Program-made: the position numbers and the translations under genes
Shown here: piece by piece, positions 39,210-50,125 of the stretch
How the letters are laid out: every line of letters starts with the position of its first letter
Numbering within the stretch: position 1 is the stretch's first letter
IMG/VR virus record: IMGVR_UViG_3300031555_010338
Length of the DNA stretch: 64,000 bases
Source: a virus
Taxonomy: Duplodnaviria; Caudoviricetes
Reading direction: 5' to 3' (one strand)
Notes under the pieces: generated by a model
Databases searched by the model: none
Seen by the model: the letters and a program-made list of their open reading frames with translations, nothing else
Told to the model about the DNA's origin: nothing

Positions 39210-42200
39210 ATGGCTGAGACTGCAAATAAGCGTTATGCGGTTTGTATCACCGATGATGACGGTGGAACCGGCGAGGCGGTCTTCTGCGTGAAGAACAAAA
39301 CGGAAGCACGAGCCAGAGGTCGCCTGTATATCCGTCAGTGGCAGCTTCCTAACGGGAAGATCGAGTATATCCGCGAATTGGCGGACGGTGAAGAGCCTGT
39401 CAGATTTGGCAAGGCCGCTGGATATTAAGGAGGTAAATTATCATGATGGAATATCATGTCAAGATGCGGTTAAACGCTGAGCAAGTCAAGGATGATACAT
39501 ACATCATCCACCTATCCAATGGCAAAACGGTTGAGATAGTGGAACAGCCGGAATATAACGGAACCGTTTGGAGTTGGAAGATCGACTCTCAGTATTTTGG
39601 CAATGATGCACATGCGCTGGATTATCTGAAGCGGTTGATTGCGGAAAAGCTGACCGGCGTTCGTGTAATCTATCACGAGAAGAAGAATGCCCCCAGCATT
39701 TGCGGCGAGGATGGACGGGGCTGCCGTCGGCCTGGTGAATGCAACAGCAATCTTTGCATGGGTTGTCCTATTGCGGATGCGTTCTTTGCTGAACGGGACG
39801 GCGTAAAGCTGGTGTATGCAATCTAAGATCGAGAGGCGGGGACAATTTCTGTCCCCGCTTTTTTTTGCTTTTCTGGTTAATTTTTCTTCCCTTCGATGAT
39901 TAGTTGTAATAGGAGGTGCAAAACACATGATTAAACTGGAAGTCAACAACGGTGGTCGTCTGGAAGTCAAGTATGACGAGAAGAGCGGATGGACAGTCGT
40001 TGAGAAATATGACGGCGCTGGCAAGTTGGAAGAGCGCTACGGCATCGAAGATCACGACTTTGTTTCTATGCTCAACTGGTACAGATACCAGAAAGAAAAC
40101 GGAAATGAGGCGCTGCTGTTCGACGGCGTTGGTATCGGTGAGGTGCAGTGCGTCCGTTCTTTCGATGAGGATGGCGAAGAGTATTTCAGCAAGAGATGCT
40201 ACTACACCATTATCAGCAAGGACAGTGTTGGATACCGTATCAAAAACAATTTCAACGGTGTCAGCATGATCTACACTGAGGACTTTGCAGACTATTTCAA
40301 GGAGGTTTGACGGATGAGCAAGCATGTATGCCCCAAGTGTGGTGGAAAGCAGTTTGAAACGACTGCACATGTTATGCAGTCATGGAAAGTGGATGAAAAT
40401 GGCGAGTTTATCGAGGTTCTGGATGACTGCCTGGAAACTACCCATGAGCCTGACGATGGCAACATCTGGACTTGCTTGAATTGCGGTGCTGAAGGCGTTG
40501 TTGTGGAGGATTGACCATGAATAAAGAGCATGTTTCTTTTCGTTGTCCGCACTGCGGAAAGCTGCTGATTGCTTCGGAGTTACTCGAATATGTCTATCAG
40601 TGCATGGAGTGCGATGAGGACTTTTACGCATTCGAGGCGGTCAAGATCGTATCTGTTTTCAGTGAGCCGACGCTGGAAGAACAGCGCAAGTATGATGATG
40701 ACGGCTTTTGTGTTGATCTGAGCCAGACGGTCAAGGTAAGTGTCTCCGATGAGTGGAATCGTCGCGGCTATTGTTATATGGCAAAGGCAGACGTTGAACG
40801 GCTTGGCCTGGACTATATCAAAGATCATGTTCGGCTGGAGTATTCCGCTGCGCTGGAAGAGTATTTTGTTCGGATGTCTCAGAACGACTGGTACAACGAT
40901 ACCCAGCGCAATCCTGAAAAGACTATCCCCGTTTCTTTTGTTGGCATTGAGAACGGAACAGGCCGACAGATTTACAAGGGCTTGGAGTCTGGCTGCTATT
41001 ATCTGCGCGAGGTTTCCAGCCGTGAGAAGTTTGCCAAGTGGCTGATCGGAGGAAAGCGCCGTTTGCCCGATGATGGCAATGAGCCGAGGGCAAATCTGGT
41101 TTTTCTGTGTGATGGACAAACAGAAAAGGTCACATATGATGACTGGAACGGCGTTTGTGCTTACAGCAACACCTTCAACGAGCATTTCAAGCCCAAAATG
41201 CAAGAGCGATGAAGTAATCTTGCATAATTATTCATAACTATTCGGTTAATTTTTGCCGACAAGCGTGATTAGTTGTAATAGGAGGTGAAAAAGTGGTCAG
41301 TTGGCAAAAGAAAGGTGTCAATGTGGATGTCCGTTACGCGGTTGAGTACATCGACAATCAAAAGGACTGGAACTATGTATGCAGCGGCTCAAACAAGAAT
41401 GGAGAGCCAGGAGATCGTTATAAGGTCAAGCATTTTTCCAATCTGGATGAAGCTATGACATCGTACTTGATCGGCTTTTTCTGCATGTGCAGCGAAGGTC
41501 AGACACACAACACGATTTATGATGTAAAGCTGTTTGAGCAGGTGCTTTTGGATGGTGAAGTCGTGCGAGAAAGCTGGATTGAACCGTCTTCCACAGTTTT
41601 GCATAGTTTGCACCAGACTTTTGGTGTGGAGCATACCAGCGAACTTTATAATCTGCGTCGGCAAAAGCAAAGCCAGATGGAAATGCTGGAAAAATACGAG
41701 GCGTTTATCAAGACGTATCACGCCGAGGAAAATTTCAAAAAGTTCGTCGATCAAGGTTAATTTCTGCACCCGTACATGATTAGTAGTAATGGGTGGACAA
41801 CCCAACAAATATTAAGGAGGATTTTCAAATGAGTAATCAGAAGCGTTCTAACCTGGGTAAGTATGAGCATCTGCGCGGCACTACCGTCAAGCGTGAGGTT
41901 GGCGCTGCCAATCCCAGCAAGGGCATCATCGGCAAGGGCGGCGGCAAAACCTGCAATGCTCCGATGGACTCCGACGCTGAATTCGAGAAGCGTCTGAAGC
42001 GCTATCAGCGTCAGCAGCAGGCCGCAGCCGCTAAGCACGAGGAAGCCAAGGCGGACGAGCCTGCCGAGGCCATTCCCGCATGAGGTAATCGATATGATGT
42101 ATGAAGGCAAGCCTGTTTTTCAGCAGGGCGAGTTCGATACCAGTAAGGCGCAGATTGGTGACTATGTTTCCAAAGATATTGTGGATGACTTCATGGACTG

Positions 42201-43005
42201 TGTGCCGCCTGCCTGTTTGAGAAGCGACTGTTCCCAGATGGGTGAGCCTTATTCCATGAAGGAAGATCCCGATACCGGAAAATGGCGCAATACCTATCTC
42301 ACCTTTAAGCGTGTTGCTGCTGGCGTTTGGATGTACTGCGGCCACTGTTTCCGTGGTGAGAATGTGGAGCGCGGCAAAGAACCGGTATATGTATAAGGAG
42401 GTGCTGGAAATGAAGAAGTTCCGTTTCTGGTAATCCATAGCGGTTTTAGAGGGTATCCGCTCACCAAAAACCCTACCCCATAAAAATTACATATTTAGGT
42501 TAATTATTTCCGCTTCGGATGATTAGTTGTAATAGGAGGTGCGAAGCACATGAGTAAGATTTGTAAGACTTGCGGCAAGGCTATCGACGAGATCAAAGAG
42601 GTCGCTACTATTGTTAATGAAGGACTGGACTCCGAGTTTGCAATCTGCGAGGATTGTGCGCTCAACGACAACGACAAGTATCATATTTGCGATGCTTGCG
42701 GAAGTTGGTTTACCGGCGATGTTATCCATGACGAGGTGCTGAGTAAGCGCATCACCTTTACTCCCTGTCCATCCTGCGGCAAGGATATTGTGGATTGCAT
42801 GACCCGCGAGGAAATGCTGAGAGAGGCCGAGCCTTACCGCTTCGCCGTGATTGTCACATATACCAACGGCTACAATCGTGGGTACATGGTGGAAGCCGAT
42901 GACCGCGTAGAAGTGATGAAGAAACTTCTTGCTAATATCGACAATGTAGGTATTAGCAATATCGCAATTTCTGAAATCTTGGTGGAAGGAGATATTATCA
43001 GATGA
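39210..43005 (+). CDS. Run of ~9 small hypothetical early genes
   Basis: ORFs at 39210, 39443, 39927, 40314, 40511, 41293, 41829, 42094, 42550, most with RBS; several Zn ribbons. Confidence 0.55.
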
Positions 43006-43568
43006 TGTTGCTTTATAAAAAGGCTTTTGAAATTGCCGTTCGTTGTGGGAGGGAGTTGTCTGGTACGCCCGACCTAATTGGAGTGTATGATAGCGCTCAA
43101 AGAGATAATAGGGCGCTTCATACCTTCACTGATTTTTGCATTGAAAAAGCCAAACAGGAACTTGGCTGGTGCGATTTAAGTATTAGCGATAAAGAAAAGG
43201 CAAAGATTTTTGCCGTTGCCGCTCCGAAGATCATTGGCCTGCCTGAACGCGGAAGCCTGGAAACCAAACACAATGACGATGAAGATTTTATGGTCGTTTC
43301 TGTTTGGGAACTTGATGCTGCTCTGGAAGAGGCGTATCGCCTTGGACTTTCCAATAGTAAAAACACCGATATTCTGAAGTCTTCCATTGTCAAGGCATTG
43401 GATGCTTCTGGAAAACCGATGGAGTTTAACGAGATCGTGGAGGCGCTTGGTGCTAATGCTAACCGACTTACTCTGCATGAAGCGCTGGCCGTAATGGTTG
43501 CAAGAAAACGGCTCGTCTCTTATGTGGACGATGATGGCCGTGTTGTCTATGAGATCGCGGAGGTGTGA
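43002..43568 (+). CDS. DUF6900-like domain protein with C-terminal wHTH
   Basis: SLETKHNDDEDFMVVSVWELDAALEEAYRLG. Confidence 0.55.
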   Translation: MMLLYKKAFEIAVRCGRELSGTPDLIGVYDSAQRDNRALHTFTDFCIEKAKQELGWCDLSISDKEKAKIFAVAAPKIIGLPERGSLETKHNDDEDFMVVSVWELDAALEEAYRLGLSNSKNTDILKSSIVKALDASGKPMEFNEIVEALGANANRLTLHEALAVMVARKRLVSYVDDDGRVVYEIAEV

Positions 43569-43943
43569 AATGGGAAAAGAGTTTACCCTGCGCAACAAAA
43601 TCGCAGAGTCGAGATCGTGGCATTTGCAGCACTTTGGAGAACTGAATTGGCAGTGGACGGACGAGGGTTTGCCCAATGCGATTCTTGACTACCACTCCAG
43701 CAAAGGCTCTGTTCTTGACTTTACCGCCGACGATGAAGCGGTGTGTCTGGAAAATGGCTGGACGATGGAAGAAGTCATTGATCTTTGTGAGCGTGAGCCA
43801 GATACCGGCGTGACGATTGAAACATATCGTCAAGTTCAAGCAGAAAAACTTTTGAAATAGGTTAATTTCTGCCCTTCTCCGTTATTAGTTGTAATAGGAG
43901 ATCAAAAAAAACAAAACCAATTACTTTATGGGAGGATACAACA

Positions 43944-44870
43944 ATGGCAGCGAATGTTGAGACTATGTTTTATGTGCGCGAGGTTCCCTGGCACGGCCTG
44001 GGTACGATGGTGCAGGAAGCCCCTACCAGCGCGGATGCGTTGCGTCTGGCCGGTCTTGATTGGGAGGTCAGACAGAAGAATATCCAGGTGTGCGGCGGTG
44101 CTAAGATCGAGAATTTCAAAGCCAATGTCCGAAGCACTGATGGCAAGGTGCTGGGCGTGGTCAGTGACCGGTATCAGATCGTACAGAATGCGGATGCGTT
44201 CAGCTTCACCGATGAGTTGATCGGCGGCGATGTCCGCTACGAAACCGCAGGAAGTCTTCAGGAGGGCAAGAAGATTTGGCTGCTTGCCAAGATGCCTGCT
44301 CGTAAGATCGTTGGTGATGATGTGGAGCCTTACCTGTGCTTCTCCAATACTCACGACGGCAGCGGTTCTATCCGCGTTTGCATGACTCCCATCCGTGTTG
44401 TCTGCAATAACACCCTGAATATCGCTCTGAACACTGCTCAGCGTCAGTGGTCTACCAAGCATGTCGGCAACATCAACCAGAAGATGCAGGAGGCGCGTAT
44501 GTGTCTTGAACTGGCGGATGCCTACATGGGTGAGCTGGCTGAGTATGCGGACAAGCTGGCGAACAAGAAGATCACCGACGAACAGCTTGATAAGCTGCTG
44601 GATGAGATGTTCCCCGTAGATGAAGATGACTCTGATCGCAAGAAGAACAGCGTCCAGAAAGCTAAGGACGAGTTCATGGTGTGCTACCTGCGCCCTGACA
44701 TCGCCATGTTCATGAACACCGCCTGGGGCGTTGTGAACGCAATGAGCGATATGGTGTCCCATTCCACTCCCCGCCGCATGACTCAGAACTACCGCGAAAA
44801 CAACTGGGGTCGTATCATGGACGGTCACAAGATGCTTGATCGCGTTACTCAGTTGGTGGGGGTGCGCTGA
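43944..44870 (+). CDS. DUF932-family phage/plasmid protein
   Basis: MAANVETMF..RE.PWHGLG, ETAGSL, NTHDGSG, TPIRVVCNNTL. Confidence 0.85.
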   Translation: MAANVETMFYVREVPWHGLGTMVQEAPTSADALRLAGLDWEVRQKNIQVCGGAKIENFKANVRSTDGKVLGVVSDRYQIVQNADAFSFTDELIGGDVRYETAGSLQEGKKIWLLAKMPARKIVGDDVEPYLCFSNTHDGSGSIRVCMTPIRVVCNNTLNIALNTAQRQWSTKHVGNINQKMQEARMCLELADAYMGELAEYADKLANKKITDEQLDKLLDEMFPVDEDDSDRKKNSVQKAKDEFMVCYLRPDIAMFMNTAWGVVNAMSDMVSHSTPRRMTQNYRENNWGRIMDGHKMLDRVTQLVGVR

Positions 44871-47800
44871 TGCACTCTGTCGAGAGCATGAACAAAACAT
44901 TCATGAAAAGAAGAAGGAGAACTCGTATGAAAACTTTCGCAACTATGGTCGGCTACATCTTCCTTGGCTTGCTGCTAATCGCCGCTGTCGGCTTCCTGAT
45001 GGCGCTTCTCATCTCTCTGGTGTGGAACACCGTTATGCCTCAGATCTTCAATCTGCCTGAGATCACATACTGGCAGGCGTATCTTCTCTACCTGCTCAGC
45101 TACCTTCTCTTCCATAACAATGTGTCTGTAAGTTCCAGCAAGTAAACAATCCGGACAAGCCGCCTGGGGAAACCTGGGCGGCTATTTTTATGAGGTGACA
45201 ATATGTATTTGACAAAAGAAACGCTGAACAGCATTGTTCAGAAGTACAACATTACCTTTCTCACCGAGGATGATGTCGTGAACGCATTCAATTTCGTTCA
45301 TGATGTGATGGTTGCAGAGGCTGATGCTATCAAGGCAAAGGAGCCGACTGCTACGGCCAGTATCTCCAGATTGGAGAGCGCTGCATACGAGGTTTTCAGT
45401 GTCGGCGGTGAGATCGAGAACGAAGAGTTCGACGAAGGGAGTAATTGATATGACAAAGGTTATCATTCGAGTTGAGGGCGGTCTTGTTCAGGCCGTTTAC
45501 TCCGATGGCGATGTCGATGTGGAGGTTGTTGATCTGGATGTCTCCGACTTCCCCGAAGATGGCGAACAGGAAGCCGCAGACAAGCGCAGAGAAGAGATGG
45601 AAGCTACCGTCTCGCAGCCTGGTTGGAAATGCGTCTGGTAAGCCGCACTGATGAGTCGTAAACGACGAAACCGCCGAGAGGCGGTCTGCGGATTTTTCTT
45701 TCCGCCTGGTTAAGATTTTCTATTCTACATGATTAGATATAATAGGAGGCGATAATATGTCATGTCCGAATTTCAAATCGATGCAAAACTTTTCTCTGTT
45801 CGTGAGAACGGATGACGAGCTTGATGAAGCTTATTTCATTGGTCGTGAGATCGAGTGTTCTCTGAAAGATATAAACGAAGGTCTGATGTTCCACAAGATT
45901 ATTGTGGATGGCGGTCATTATTACGGTCTTCAGTTCTTTGTGGAAGAGAACCACGATCCTAACGAGATGGATAATTACGACTGTCAATACTACTTTGACA
46001 TGTTCCGTAGCGTTGCCATTCGCCGCTACAACAGCGAGATCAATAAGATTAACCGTATGCTCCGCAGGATGGCAAAGGAATGGGGCTTTGAGGAAATCTA
46101 TTGCGCCGCCGTATTTGGTAATGGCGAGGCGGTGTATGCGCCGGTGCGGAATAACCCACGCGCACGGATTGCCCAGGCGGTTTGCCCTACCTACTAAGAA
46201 ATGGAGGCGACGATGAAGCTTTATAAGATCATTGATTCTGTTATCCCCACAATGTTTAACAAGCCTTGCAAGATAGCTATCTTTACGGATGGCCGTCGCT
46301 GCAAGGTTTTTCAAAAAGACTTCGGGTTTTGGCAGCGGAACTACTGTCTTGAGGCGTATATTACTCCGCAAAGAATTGAACGGAAGATTTACGCGATTGA
46401 AGAAGAAGGAAAGATGCGTGAGGCGTTGCGTAAACGCCTCCGTGAGAACGGACTATTGTAAATCAAAGATATAACTGATATAATTGGAGGCACTATGAAC
46501 GATAACAAGGTGATTCGGATGAATTTTCAGAATAACGATATGGGCAATCGCATTGAAGCTGCCAAACAGCAGGCCGAAGCTGACTTCCAGGCAAAAGTGG
46601 AGCGCTCCCGCGAGTGTGATGTAGATGTCCGCGACTTCTTCACTCCGGACGAACTGGACAGAATTTTAGCGGACGATTACTTTAACGGCAAGATCGCTGA
46701 TCTGACCGTGATGCAGCGATATGAGAAGGTAAAGCAGGCGGCTTTGTGGATGGACGCACACTGCATGGAGGTTGCTTGTGTGGAGATCGAGCCTCTGTCC
46801 AGTTCCCGCCCGAATGCCGTCATCTCCATTGAAATTCGCCGGCTTGCTTCTCTCCGTGGAAAGGAACTGCGCGTGTTTACTGCGATGGGTGTGCTGTCTG
46901 ACAGCGTATTCCTGAGTGGCCTGAAAGACTCCACCATTCGCTTCACCTTTGGATTAGAAGGAGTGTGGCAGTAATGTTTAATATGCAATTTTCTTCTGTC
47001 TCTGAACTGCGTAGGTGGCTGGAAAAGAAAAACTACGAGAGCGGAAGCGGCGAGGCATTCAGCGAATGGCTGACCGACTTCTTTGACAATGGTAATACCG
47101 TTTCGGTTGGCGACGAAGAGTACGACTTCTGGGCTTGCTGGGAACTGATCTAACATATCGACAACGAAGACGCTGGATTTTTCCAGCGTCTTTTTTTTGC
47201 AAAATCTTAGATGGTTGGTTAATTTTCGACGCTGACCGTTATTAAGTATAGTGAAAAGACTACTTGGAGGTGCAACATGAATATCACTCATGACAAATCT
47301 TATATCAGTGCTTCCTCTTTGGATTTCGTTCAGCGCGGATACGCCATTGAGGATTTGCATTCTCTACGTCTCAGATATGAGTACACTGAGGAAGAAAAGC
47401 AGGCTAACAAAGCCTTTGCCGACAGCCATACTCGTGAAGAGTGGAGCGCCCACTGCGATGACGCGGTACAAATCAGAAGTAACGCAATGCGCCCCGTTAT
47501 GGAGGCTCTTGCCAGAAAGTTTGTCTGCTATCAGTTCGAGCCTGACTGCGGCGTGGATTACGGAAGCGACAAATGGGATTTGTTTTTCTGGTGCAATGAC
47601 TTCTACCAGACCACCTGCGGCAAGTTCTCTGGTCGTGATTTCTCCTATTTCACGCTTACCTTTAATGACAGAATGACTGCGGATCAGCGGTTGGATGTCT
47701 GCAATCGCGTGTTGGCATTTCTGGTTGATCGATTTGAAGATCATACCCATCTGAACGTAGCTGTTCAGTACAAGGTTACGATGGATGACAAGAAGATCGC

Positions 47801-48203
47801 AGAAGATGCAAAGGCGGCTCTTCCCTCTCTGGTCGGTCAGAAATGCACCTACGGTCATATGGACGGTAAGATCGTCGAGACAGAGCGCGGCGTATTCTTT
47901 GTCAAGAAGTATGCCAGAAACAAAGGATACAAACTTTCGGACACCGATGTACTTCGGTTGAGCTGGAAGCTTGGTGTGGCCTGATGGAAAGGAGATAAAC
48001 GCATGAAAAATCCGTATCGTATTCGACTGCGTAAGGATGGCCGATGGGAGATGTTTCGAGTGAAGTTTCCCGCTCTCCCCTATCCCCGCAGTGTTGGTAC
48101 TAAGGACCACGCATTCGACTATATGGCGGCGAAGCTCAATGTGACTCCAAAGGAGCTGCGGCAGGCCGCAAGGGATGGTACTCTTGAACCCATCGTAGCA
48201 TAG
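44870..48203 (+). CDS. Run of ~9 small hypothetical early genes
   Basis: ORFs at 44870, 45203, 45450, 45757, 46201, 46495, 46965, 47277, 48003. Confidence 0.5.
45643..45691 (+). ncRNA. Hammerhead ribozyme, type I (minimal)
   Basis: CCGCA-CTGATGA-GTCG..CGAC-GAAA-CCGCC-GAGA-GGCGG-TC-TGCGG. Confidence 0.88.
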
Positions 48204-48541
48204 GTGGTGATTTGTTTATGACCAAATACAGAATCGACATTTATGCGGGATGGAGTGTTTATGATGGTCTAATATCCCGTGAGTACAAGTCGTTCAAATG
48301 CGTGGATGACGCAAAAATTTATGCTTACAGTAAGATCGTTGGAACCAAAAATGGTTATTCGATTTTAGAAGTACATCGATAGGAGATTGCCTATGACTTT
48401 ACTATTTTTCACCTTGCTCATGTGTAAGCTGATCTGGGATGGCGTGAAGACTTTCTATGCTCAGGCAGTTGTTGATACACATAATCCCTACCGCGAGTAT
48501 CGCAAAGCACTTGCGGAACAGAACAAAACGGAGGTACAAAA

Positions 48542-49441
48542 ATGAGCCTTTTGGATAAATTCAACAGCGTGGAGATCACCGCTGACACCAGGATTTCCGA
48601 AGCTGACCGGAAGTTCTGTCAGACGCAGAAAGAGGCATACGATCATGCCCGTACCGCTCTGAAGTTTCTGGCCGAACACAGCCAGAAATATCTTGACGAA
48701 CAGACTGCCATTTTGGAGCGTTGCGAGAACGAGTCTTACGGCACTTACCTTGGAGATTTTAAGCCTTCCAAATACACCGAGGAACTGCGCGAGTCTCATG
48801 ACCGCTTCATCTCCAGAATTTTCTGGTACTTCCAGCATAAGTACAAAGTCACCATCGATTCTTCGGATGCGGATGATGTGTTGCTCCCCAAGAAGCCTGA
48901 AGGCGGATGGCGGTACAACGAAGAAGAGTGGAAAGCCTACAATAAAACGATGGCTGAACTGTCGTTGGACTATCAAGCCGTTCTGGATCAGATTTTCATT
49001 CAGCTTGGTGGCTTCTCCTTCCAGGATAAGGCCGTGCAAGAGCTGAAGCAAAAGGCTCATGATGCGGCGTGGAACAGCTATCGCGGCAATAAGACTTACG
49101 AGCAGAAAAAGGCAGTCATTTCCTTCACCGGATATGCCTGCAGCTTTGATAGCTGGCACGAAGAATATCACAAGGGCGAACACCAGATCAAGTTGTCGGA
49201 TAGCATGAAAAATGTCATTCGCGCTCTCGTCCATTTCGAGTATAACAGCACCGACCACACTCCTTACAGTCTCAGCGTTCTCCTTGGTTATGATTGGAAG
49301 ACATATGATACTGAGATGCCGGTTGGTTTGGAAAAGATCAAGAGCATCAAGTGCTTCAAGAATGGTCGTGTGGACATTCGCTTTACCAGCGAAGCTTTTG
49401 CCCGTCAGTTTGTGGAGGATTATTTGGGGACTGCCATATGA
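48542..49441 (+). CDS. Hypothetical protein
   Basis: 299 aa, RBS GGAGG, C-terminal IKCFKNGRVDIRF. Confidence 0.6.
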   Translation: MSLLDKFNSVEITADTRISEADRKFCQTQKEAYDHARTALKFLAEHSQKYLDEQTAILERCENESYGTYLGDFKPSKYTEELRESHDRFISRIFWYFQHKYKVTIDSSDADDVLLPKKPEGGWRYNEEEWKAYNKTMAELSLDYQAVLDQIFIQLGGFSFQDKAVQELKQKAHDAAWNSYRGNKTYEQKKAVISFTGYACSFDSWHEEYHKGEHQIKLSDSMKNVIRALVHFEYNSTDHTPYSLSVLLGYDWKTYDTEMPVGLEKIKSIKCFKNGRVDIRFTSEAFARQFVEDYLGTAI

Positions 49442-50058
49442 AACAAATGATTATTGAAGACAAGGCGTATAGCCCAGAAGAAGTATTTTCTCTGATTGGC
49501 GAGGAATATCTACTGCGTAAAACAGACGCTTACAAACACACTTCTGATATGGTTGTGGATGGCTTTAATGTCCGTCCGGTGTCTCTGAGATATATGTTGT
49601 TTTATCAGAAGGGAACGACATGTGTTTGCTGTGGCAAAACCGGAACGCATTTCAAGCTTTGTGGAGATCCAGATACTAACCGTCGTCATTTCAATCTCTT
49701 TGCGGACGATGGTTCTTTGCTGACGAAAGATCACATTGTTCCCAAGAGCAAGGGCGGAAGAGATCATGTGGACAATATGCAAACCATGTGCGAAGCCTGT
49801 AATCACAAAAAGGGGAACTACCACGATACGATCAAGATTGATTATATCGTTGCGACCAGGGTGGATAGCGGAAAATCTACCTCTTTCCGAGACATTAACA
49901 AGGCCGCATTTCATATGGTTCAGAATTACTTGCATCCACCCAAGAAAGATTACAGCAATATCATTCAGTGTTCCATTAGTGCGGTATTGTCTATTCAGAA
50001 CGCACTTAATACCGGAGTTCCTTATTGTGGATATGTCTGGACTGTTGAGAGCAGATAG
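49438..50058 (+). CDS. HNH endonuclease
   Basis: CVCCG, TKDHIVPKSKGG, NMQTMCEACNHKKG. Confidence 0.85.
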   Translation: MKQMIIEDKAYSPEEVFSLIGEEYLLRKTDAYKHTSDMVVDGFNVRPVSLRYMLFYQKGTTCVCCGKTGTHFKLCGDPDTNRRHFNLFADDGSLLTKDHIVPKSKGGRDHVDNMQTMCEACNHKKGNYHDTIKIDYIVATRVDSGKSTSFRDINKAAFHMVQNYLHPPKKDYSNIIQCSISAVLSIQNALNTGVPYCGYVWTVESR

Positions 50059-50125
50059 TAAACACCAAGAAGTTAGCTAAACAACTCGCATCGTGGGCGG
50101 TTGTGAATACAAACAGGAGGTAAAC

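Larger units (their letters stand above)
37394..47253 (+). promoter_or_regulatory. Ten dispersed copies of putative phage-specific promoter GGTTAATTT-N~15-TGATTAG-N2-(G/A)TAATAGGAGG
   Basis: Copies at 37394, 38623, 39144, 39875, 41244, 41755, 42498, 43860, 45708, 47217 (an eleventh at 62572). Confidence 0.7.
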
